This document shows positions 1-6,719 of a stretch of DNA of 41,667 nucleotides, in pieces. Position 1 is the first letter of the stretch, and every line of letters starts with the position of its first letter. The position numbers and the translations under genes are program-made. Under the pieces are notes generated by a model. It was not told the origin of the DNA and did no database searches. It was given only the letters and a program-made list of their open reading frames with translations. Origin of the DNA: Deltaproteobacteria bacterium (GTDB lineage Bacteria; Myxococcota; JACRCW01); contig JACRCW010000108.1 in the NCBI GenBank assembly GCA_016218805.1, forward strand, positions 1 to 41,667, written 5' to 3'.

Positions 1-131
1 ACGCCGCCGGCTCGGCATCCCGTGCCAACAGGAGTGGACCCCCCAACCACGGGCCCGCTCCCAGCCTCCATTGGACACATCGCCGCGCCGCATTTCGATC
101 CAGGCAAGCCCGGAGCCGACGGGGCCGCTAA

Positions 132-1301
132 TCAAGTACCCCCGCCCACCAGCAGGTCCACCACCAGCGTGTACGGCGTATCCAGCGGGACCGCTTGGAA
201 GTCGCCGTAGTTGAACACCTGCACCAGCACGTCGGTGTCGTCGGGAACCATCGTGACTTGGACCACTTCGTCAGGGATGGCGCCGTTGGACGGGCTGACC
301 TGCAGCGACCCCTTGAGCGCATCATGCGTGTTGGTTGCCAGATAGAGGGTGAGGTCCAGGTCCGGGGCGTTGACCGCGGTTGGCACCTGCAGGGTGAACC
401 GGGCGCCGTTTCCCGCGGGAATGGTGACCTTGAACCAGTCATGCTCCTTGGCCGGCGTCCCGCTGTCCGTGCACGAGCCCAGCGTGAAGGTGGAATGGTC
501 ACCCGCCAGGATCAGTGGCACGGCCGCGGAGGGCGCGTTGTTCGGCTCGTGCGCGTCTTCGGCGCATGCCGGGGAACTGACGGAACTGCCCGGCGCGCTG
601 CTGCTTTGCCCGTTGGGAGTGCACGCCGGGGCGGCCGTGGACGCCGCACTGCTGCTGGAAGCGCCGCTGGAGGACGTACCTGGCAAGCCGCTGCTGGACA
701 CGGCCAAGGCCGATGATGCTCCGCTGGAGGAGGTGCCCGGCATGACACTGCTGGACGACACGCCAACGACCGCGCTGCTGGACGTGGTGGCCGAGACGGA
801 ACCCACCGACGTGGTCCCCGCGGAGCCGCTGCCCGACGTCATTCCGGATGAACCGCCGCTGGACGCCGGCTCCGCAGATGCGCCGCGGGACGTGGCGCCC
901 GAGACGGAACCCGCCGACGTCGTCCCCGCGGAGCCGCTGCCCGACGTCATCCCGGATGAACCGCCGCCGGATGCCGGCTCCGCTGATGCGCTGCGGGACG
1001 TGGTCCCCGCGGAGCCGCTGCCTGACGTCATCCCGGATGAACCGCCGCTGGACGCCGGCTCCGCGGATGCGCTGCTGGAGAGCGTGGCCGACGTCGCACT
1101 GCTGGCCGGTCCCGAGCTGCCTGAGACTTCTGCGCTGGTGGCGGCGCCGGACGATGCCCCGACCGAAACCGCACCCTGGGAGGACGCGGTGGCGGTGCCG
1201 GATGACCCGCCCGAGGAAGATGACGAATCGCCGGACGACCCGCAACCGCCACATCCCGCCAGCGTGCAAACCACGCCCACCAATCCCGCGAATTTGCGCA
1301 T
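132..1301 (-). CDS. Ser/Gly/Thr-rich lipoprotein with C-terminal PPC-like (pre-peptidase C-terminal) beta-sandwich domain
   Basis: Lipobox-type signal MRKFAGLVGVVCTLAGC, a long Ser/Gly linker with repeats, then EDAHEPNN...HDWFKVTIP...DLDLTLY...YTLVV typical of PPC domains. GAGGGG RBS upstream on the minus strand. Confidence 0.75.
   Translation of the reverse strand: MRKFAGLVGVVCTLAGCGGCGSSGDSSSSSGGSSGTATASSQGAVSVGASSGAATSAEVSGSSGPASSATSATLSSSASAEPASSGGSSGMTSGSGSAGTTSRSASAEPASGGGSSGMTSGSGSAGTTSAGSVSGATSRGASAEPASSGGSSGMTSGSGSAGTTSVGSVSATTSSSAVVGVSSSSVMPGTSSSGASSALAVSSSGLPGTSSSGASSSSAASTAAPACTPNGQSSSAPGSSVSSPACAEDAHEPNNAPSAAVPLILAGDHSTFTLGSCTDSGTPAKEHDWFKVTIPAGNGARFTLQVPTAVNAPDLDLTLYLATNTHDALKGSLQVSPSNGAIPDEVVQVTMVPDDTDVLVQVFNYGDFQAVPLDTPYTLVVDLLVGGGT
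781..1072. repeat. Intragenic tandem repeat, three copies of an about 78-bp core encoding SASAEPASSGGSSGMTSGSGSAGTTS
   Basis: Near-identical gacgtggtccccgcggagccgctgcccgacgtcatcccggatgaaccgccg... blocks start at about 808, 916 and 997. Confidence 0.9.
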
Positions 1302-1330
1302 GGTACCCCCTCAATTCAAGTCGATTCGGG

Positions 1331-1359
1331 AGGTATCCACGCGTTAATGCCGTTGTCAA
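1331..1359 (-). promoter_or_regulatory. Putative sigma70 promoter of the PPC lipoprotein gene
   Basis: Perfect TTGACA (1359-1354), 17-nt spacer, weak -10 ATACCT, about 30 nt upstream of the ATG. Confidence 0.35.
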
Positions 1360-1536
1360 GCTTGGGCGCGCGGTGGACTTCAGCCGCGTGGCGGCCGCCC
1401 TTGCATCAAGGGCCACCGCCATTGTCGACGACGAACGCCGCCGTCGCCGCAGTGAGTCATGCCGCTGCGTAACGAACGTTACCGGCCGCAGGATCGACTG
1501 CATTTGCCTGCGCGGGTCAACAAAACCAGGACTTTC

Positions 1537-2808
1537 TTACGCCATCGCGCGCGCGTCAGGCGCCCTGACGCGCGGCCGTTGGGCGGAAGCACCGGTCCCG
1601 GCTGCCACGGATTCAAGCTCATTGGCGGCGGCGCGCGCCCCACCGGCACGCCGGTAACCCTCGGCCACGCGCAGGGCTCCCGCTTTCTTCTCCATGGTCT
1701 CACGGACCGCGCGGCGCAGCCGCTCCGGCGTCAGCGCGCCGGGCGACACGCGCGTTCCCGCACCCGCCACCTGGACGTGACGCGCCACCTCCAACTGGTC
1801 CCGGCCAAACGGCACCACGCACACCGGCACGCCCGCGGCCAGCGCCTTCTGCGTGATTCCCATACCGCCGTGACACACCACGCACGCGGCTTCCGCCAGC
1901 AGCGGCCCGTGGGGCACAAAGCGCTCCACGCGCGCGTTGGGCGGGGCGCGGAATTGGCCGGGGTCCACGGACGCCGTCGTCGCCACCACGCGCACGGGTT
2001 CTTCCGCCAGCGCGGCCAGCGCGGTCTCCACCAGGCGTCCGTCGTTCTGGAATTCCGTGGAGCAGGTCACCAGCACCAGCGGCCGCCCGTCAGGGGCGCC
2101 GCGCTCCGTGGGCGTGGGCGGCTCCCAGACCCCCGGCCCCACCAGCCGCACCCCCGGCGGCCACACCCGTGCGTACTCAAACGGCTCCGCGGTGTACGCG
2201 ATGATCCTTGGCGGATGGCTTGCGAAGTCCGCCACGTGGCGGAACGGCGCAACACCCGCGGCGGCGCGAACACCGTTCAGTCCACGCAGGCTGCGGTCAT
2301 ACAGCGCGTTCACCAGCGTCCACATCACGCCGTCACGCAGCCGCCCCAGCAGGCCCGGCAGCGGCGCCAGCCCCAGGCCCCACGGCGGAATCCCCGGCGC
2401 ACGCAGTGGCAAGAGGTACGGCGCAAACACCGCCCACGGCAGGCCGGACGCTTCGGCCAGCGCGGCCGCACCCCAGCAGTTGATGTCGGTGAACAACACG
2501 TCGGGTCGTTCGCGTTGCAGGGCACCGCGCAGGTCGTCCAACTCGTGATGCGCGCGGTCCACAAACGTGCGGCACGCGGCCCGCAGCGCGGCCGGCGGCC
2601 AGGACGCCTTCCAGTCGTCCAGTTCGCGCGCCTCAATCGCCCCGGCAATGGCGGCCGCGTCCAGGCCCGTGGCGCGCAAGCGCTCCACCTCGGTGGACAG
2701 GGTGCGCACGCAGACGTGATGCCCACGCTGCTGCAGTTCCAGCAGCGTGGGAACCAGCGGGTAGATGTGTCCCCGCGCTGGAGATGTGTAGACAAGAAAC
2801 CGCGTCAT
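1537..2808 (-). CDS. GT1-family (MGT/UDP-glucosyltransferase-like) glycosyltransferase
   Basis: N-terminal PARGHIYP motif; C-terminal nucleotide-sugar motif FVPHGPLL...VCHGGMGITQKALAAGVPVCVVPFGRDQ. Confidence 0.9.
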   Translation of the reverse strand: MTRFLVYTSPARGHIYPLVPTLLELQQRGHHVCVRTLSTEVERLRATGLDAAAIAGAIEARELDDWKASWPPAALRAACRTFVDRAHHELDDLRGALQRERPDVLFTDINCWGAAALAEASGLPWAVFAPYLLPLRAPGIPPWGLGLAPLPGLLGRLRDGVMWTLVNALYDRSLRGLNGVRAAAGVAPFRHVADFASHPPRIIAYTAEPFEYARVWPPGVRLVGPGVWEPPTPTERGAPDGRPLVLVTCSTEFQNDGRLVETALAALAEEPVRVVATTASVDPGQFRAPPNARVERFVPHGPLLAEAACVVCHGGMGITQKALAAGVPVCVVPFGRDQLEVARHVQVAGAGTRVSPGALTPERLRRAVRETMEKKAGALRVAEGYRRAGGARAAANELESVAAGTGASAQRPRVRAPDARAMA

Positions 2809-2809
2809 C

Positions 2810-3406
2810 TCAGCCTCCCTTTCCGTTCAGGATGGCACCCACCAGCCCGCGCAGGGTGGCCGCCGTGGCGCGCGTGGACTGACGGAGGTCACGCCGCCAG
2901 ATCTTCCAGGCGTACACGTCCGTGGCGGCAATGAGGTGCGCACGGAGACGGGCACGCGCCAGACCACGCCGCCGGCTCAGCCACGGGCCAAACACGTGGT
3001 CCACCCACGCGTGGTGCAGCGCGCGCCCCGCGTGGGTGATGCGGCGCATGGCCGGCGTGCCTTCCTCCTGCGCCAAAAAGCGCAGGCTGCGCGCGCCCCA
3101 TTCTTCATAATGCGCGGCCAGGTCCCGCAGGGCCGTGTCCACGTCACCGGGTGCCGCCCGCCACCGCGCGCGGCGAACCTCGGCCAGCCCCAGCTCTGTG
3201 GCCGCCACCGCCAGGCCGTCCTTGGAACCAAACCGCCGGAGCACCGTCTGCACCGTCACCCGCGCCGCGCGCGCCACGTCCGCCAGCGCCACGTCTTCCC
3301 AGGGGCGCGTTCCGGACAGCCGGAGGGTGGCCTCCAGGATGCGGCGGTGCGTGGCGGCGGCGGCCTCCGCCCGGGCCCCCATCCGGTAGGTGCGTGTGTA
3401 TTTCAT
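2810..3406 (-). CDS. TetR/AcrR-family transcriptional regulator
   Basis: HTH RILEATLRL...LADVARAARVTVQTVLRRFGSKDGL; stop lies 1 nt from the glycosyltransferase start. Confidence 0.9.
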   Translation of the reverse strand: MKYTRTYRMGARAEAAAATHRRILEATLRLSGTRPWEDVALADVARAARVTVQTVLRRFGSKDGLAVAATELGLAEVRRARWRAAPGDVDTALRDLAAHYEEWGARSLRFLAQEEGTPAMRRITHAGRALHHAWVDHVFGPWLSRRRGLARARLRAHLIAATDVYAWKIWRRDLRQSTRATAATLRGLVGAILNGKGG

Positions 3407-3410
3407 GTGA

Positions 3411-3432
3411 GTCGTGTTAACGTTAATATGAC
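3411..3432. promoter_or_regulatory. Palindromic operator, probably bound by the adjacent TetR
   Basis: GTCGTGTTAACGTTAATATGAC is a 22-bp inverted repeat with 2 mismatched pairs. It is AT-rich and sits 4 nt upstream of the tetR ATG. Confidence 0.7.
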
Positions 3433-3566
3433 GGCGTGTCCACCCGTCTGCGGCCCACGCCCCCGATCACGCCCACGGCCCGCCCCGCGCGCTTTTTCCG
3501 CGCTGCCGGCCTACGCTGCGTGCATCTTCCCCGGGTTGCTCCACCGGACACGCTGAGGGAGGCGCC

Positions 3567-3794
3567 ATGACATCCGCAGATCGCGTGGTTGACGTCGTGG
3601 GCAAGGCCTGCCCCATGCCGCTGGTGGCGCTCGCCAAGGAGGTCCGGACCATGCAGGCGGGTCAGACGGTCCGGATCACCGGCAATGACCCCATCTTTGA
3701 GGCGTCCATTGCGGACTTCTGCCGCGAGCGGCACCTGGCCGTGCTGGACACCACGCGGGAAGGCCGCGCCGTCAGCATGCTCATCCGCATCTGA
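3567..3794 (+). CDS. TusA/SirA-family sulfur carrier protein
   Basis: 75 aa, VDVVGKACPMP (CPxP motif), D-P...I..FC pattern; GGGAGG RBS. Confidence 0.9.
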   Translation: MTSADRVVDVVGKACPMPLVALAKEVRTMQAGQTVRITGNDPIFEASIADFCRERHLAVLDTTREGRAVSMLIRI

Positions 3795-3829
3795 CGCGCA
3801 CACAGGACCCACGGGGGCGGGAGCCAACA

Positions 3830-4363
3830 ATGGGTGACCGACGAGTGACCATCCTGCTGCAGAGTGGCGAACTGGACAAAGCGTTGTCAGCGTTCATCTT
3901 TGCCAACGGCTACGCGGCGCTGGGCCTGGATGTGACCATGTGGTTCATGCTCTTTGGCTACAACTGCCTCAAGAAACGCCGCGGATTGTGGTCATTGTTC
4001 CGGCGCAAGACAGACGTGGCGCGGGAGTCCGCCTACCGCAACCTGGAGACGGACAACGTCCTGCAACCCATGGTGGAGCTGTTCAACCGTGGCGGCGCCC
4101 GGCACCTGCCGCTCTCCCAGATCAACCTGGGGGGCGTGGGCCCGGCGCTGCTGGGGGTCATGCTCCGCAAGAAGGGCATCATGGGCCTGGACGAACTCAT
4201 CCACAGCGCCGCGGATCTCGGCGTGAAGTTCAAGATGTGCCAGATTTGTTTTGACGCCATGGGAATCAGCGTGGAGGACCTGGTGGTCCCGGACGTGGAG
4301 GTCAGCGGGGTGGCGGAATACGCGCGCGACACCCTGAATGCGCAGGTCAACCTCTTCATCTGA
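3830..4363 (+). CDS. DsrE/DsrF/DrsH-like (DsrE2-type) sulfur relay protein
   Basis: TILLQSGELDKALSAFIFANGYAALGLDVTMWF, LSQINLGGVG, ELIHSAADLGVKFKMCQICFDAMG, SGVAEY...NLFI match the DrsE_2 pattern. Confidence 0.88.
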   Translation: MGDRRVTILLQSGELDKALSAFIFANGYAALGLDVTMWFMLFGYNCLKKRRGLWSLFRRKTDVARESAYRNLETDNVLQPMVELFNRGGARHLPLSQINLGGVGPALLGVMLRKKGIMGLDELIHSAADLGVKFKMCQICFDAMGISVEDLVVPDVEVSGVAEYARDTLNAQVNLFI

Positions 4364-4370
4364 GCGGCGG

Positions 4371-6548
4371 ATGGCCCACTCCCTTCAGCCTGAGCTGCTT
4401 GATCTGCGGGACCTGGTGGACCACCTCCGCGAGGAGGTCCGCGTGCTGCGGGCGGCCCTGGCGGACAACGGGAGCGGGCGCGTCCTGCAGCAGCAGGCGG
4501 AGGAGTTTTCGCGCCTGTTGTCCGTGAGCAAGCTCATTGTCTCTGAATTGGACCTGGGCCGGGTTTACGACCTGGTGGCCAGCCGGGCGCGGGAGATTGT
4601 GTGCGCGGAAACCGTGCTTTTGCCCATGCTCAACGCGGGCCGCGATCAGTACACCTACGCGGCCGCCGCCGGTGACGACGCGGACGCCGTGCGCGGGAGC
4701 ACGTTCCCCGCGCACGTGGGCATGTGCGGGTGGGTGCTGCAGCACGGGCGGACGCTGCTGTTTGGGGAGAACAGCACGCAATGGATGGCGGAGCCCACCC
4801 CGTGGGAGGCGGGGCAGCAATCGGCCGTGCTGGTTCCGCTCGTCGGGCGCAAGGGCATCATTGGCGGGCTGTCCGCGCTGGGCAAACAGGGAGGCGGCTG
4901 CTTCACGCAGCATGACCTGGACCTGCTGACCATGTTTGCCAACCAGGTGAGCATTGCCATTGAGAACGCCCGCCTGTTCCAGGACGTGACCCGGGAGGTG
5001 GATGAGCGCCGGCAGGCGGAGGAACGGCAACGCACCAGCGAACAGTTTGTGCGCACCATCCTGGACACCATTGACGAGGGGCTCATTGTGGTGGACCACG
5101 ACTTCCGCGTGCGCGTGGCCAACCGGGCCTATGGCGCGCGGTTGCCCCACGCGCAGGACCCCGTGCTGGGGGCGCCCTGCTACGCGCTGGCCCATGAGTC
5201 CACCCGGCCCTGCTTTGAGGACGGGGTGGACTGCCCCGTGCGCCGCGTGTTCCTGGACGGCCAGCCGCACCGCGCCCTGCACCGCCACGCCGCCCGGGAC
5301 GGCCGCGTGCTGTTTGTGGAAACCAAGGCTTTTCCTCTCAAGGACCCGTCGGGCCGCGTGACCTCCGCCATTGAGCTCGTTGCGGACATCACCGAGCGCT
5401 TCCAACTGGAGGAGGAGCGCATCCGCACCCAGAAGCTGGAAGCCGTGGGCACGCTCGCCGGCGGGATTGCCCATGACTTCAACAACCTCCTGCAGGGCGT
5501 GTTTGGCTTTGTTTCGCTGGCCAAGCTGCAGATGGATGACAAGGACAAGGCGCTGGGCACGCTGGAGGAGGCCGAGAAGGCGCTCCGCATGTCCGTGAAG
5601 CTGACCAATCAACTGCTCACCTTCTCCAAAGGCGGCAAACCCGCGCGCATGCCCATTGACCTGCTGCCCATCGTGGAGAACGCGGCGCAGTTCACCCTGA
5701 GCGGATCCCGGTCGCATCACACGGTCACCACGGATGACGGCCCCTGGCGGGTGGATGCGGATGAGGGGCAGATCTACCAGGTGTTCCAGAACATCATCCT
5801 GAATGCGGACCAGGCCATGCCGCAGGGCGGTGAAGTGGCCATTGCCCTACGCAAGGTCCAGGCCCCCGGGGAGGGCGTTCCCCCGTCCTTGCGGGACGGG
5901 CGCTACGTCCGCGTGGACATCAAGGACACGGGCGCGGGCATCCCGGACGCAGACCGGCCAAAGATCTTTGACCCGTATTTCACCACCAAGGAGAAGGGCA
6001 GCGGCCTGGGACTGGCAACGTCCTACTCCATTGTCAGCAACCACGGCGGCGGCATCAGCGTGGAATCCCGTCAGGGCGCCGGGGCCACGTTCTCCGTCTT
6101 TCTGCCCGCCACGCCGGCGCCGGCAACGGCGGAGCCCGTCCAGCCCGCGGCGGCGGTGGCGCCTGGGCGCGCCGGGCGCGTGCTGGTCATGGATGATGAA
6201 CAGGTGATTCGCACTGTGGTGGGGGCGCTGCTGCGGAAACTGGGACACCGTGTGGAGGAGGCCGCGCACGGCCAGGAGGCGCTGGAGAAGTACCAGGCGG
6301 CACGGCAGGCCGGAGATCCGTTTGACCTGGTCATCCTTGACCTTACCATCCGCGGCGGGATGGGCGGCGCGGAGACTATGAAGAAACTCATGGAAATAGA
6401 TCCGCAGGTGACCGCGTTGGTCTCCAGCGGCTACTCGGATGACGCGGGGATTGCCGGGTACGAAGCCCGGGGTTTCAAGGGATTTCTCAAGAAGCCGTAT
6501 GACATCAAAACCCTGCGCGAAGTGCTGCAGCGGCTGCTGCCCCAGTGA
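4371..6548 (+). CDS. Hybrid sensor histidine kinase/response regulator (GAF-PAS-HisKA-HATPase-REC)
   Basis: GAF ending FTQHDLDLLTMFANQVSIAIENARL; PAS; H-box LAGGIAHDFNN; NADQA, DTGAGI, FDPYFTTK, GSGLGL boxes; receiver VLVMDDE...LVILD...SG...KP. ATG chosen 7 nt after the DsrE stop. Confidence 0.93.
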   Translation: MAHSLQPELLDLRDLVDHLREEVRVLRAALADNGSGRVLQQQAEEFSRLLSVSKLIVSELDLGRVYDLVASRAREIVCAETVLLPMLNAGRDQYTYAAAAGDDADAVRGSTFPAHVGMCGWVLQHGRTLLFGENSTQWMAEPTPWEAGQQSAVLVPLVGRKGIIGGLSALGKQGGGCFTQHDLDLLTMFANQVSIAIENARLFQDVTREVDERRQAEERQRTSEQFVRTILDTIDEGLIVVDHDFRVRVANRAYGARLPHAQDPVLGAPCYALAHESTRPCFEDGVDCPVRRVFLDGQPHRALHRHAARDGRVLFVETKAFPLKDPSGRVTSAIELVADITERFQLEEERIRTQKLEAVGTLAGGIAHDFNNLLQGVFGFVSLAKLQMDDKDKALGTLEEAEKALRMSVKLTNQLLTFSKGGKPARMPIDLLPIVENAAQFTLSGSRSHHTVTTDDGPWRVDADEGQIYQVFQNIILNADQAMPQGGEVAIALRKVQAPGEGVPPSLRDGRYVRVDIKDTGAGIPDADRPKIFDPYFTTKEKGSGLGLATSYSIVSNHGGGISVESRQGAGATFSVFLPATPAPATAEPVQPAAAVAPGRAGRVLVMDDEQVIRTVVGALLRKLGHRVEEAAHGQEALEKYQAARQAGDPFDLVILDLTIRGGMGGAETMKKLMEIDPQVTALVSSGYSDDAGIAGYEARGFKGFLKKPYDIKTLREVLQRLLPQ

Positions 6549-6719
6549 CCGGCGCACCCCGCTGCAACGTGCTCGCGCCGCGCGCGGCGGTTCAGCGTGA
6601 AGTTGTGTCTGTGGCATCGTCCATGAACGGATCAGAGGCGTGGCCTGCCGGCCGGCAAGGCTGACGTTAGGTTCGCGGAATTGGCACCGCGGCGGTGCCC
6701 CAGTGCAGGGGGTGACTGA

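Noticed and set aside
1..131. Possible gene end or promoter at the window start
   Set aside because: No convincing frame, and the minus-strand TGGCAC has the wrong -12 spacing.
349..1347. Acidic Pro/Asp-rich 332-aa plus-strand ORF
   Set aside because: Antisense shadow of the Ser-rich lipoprotein, which has the RBS, lipobox and domain.
6682..6698. Sigma54 promoter TGGCAC upstream of the di-heme gene
   Set aside because: The GC is 2 nt off the strict -24/-12 spacing.
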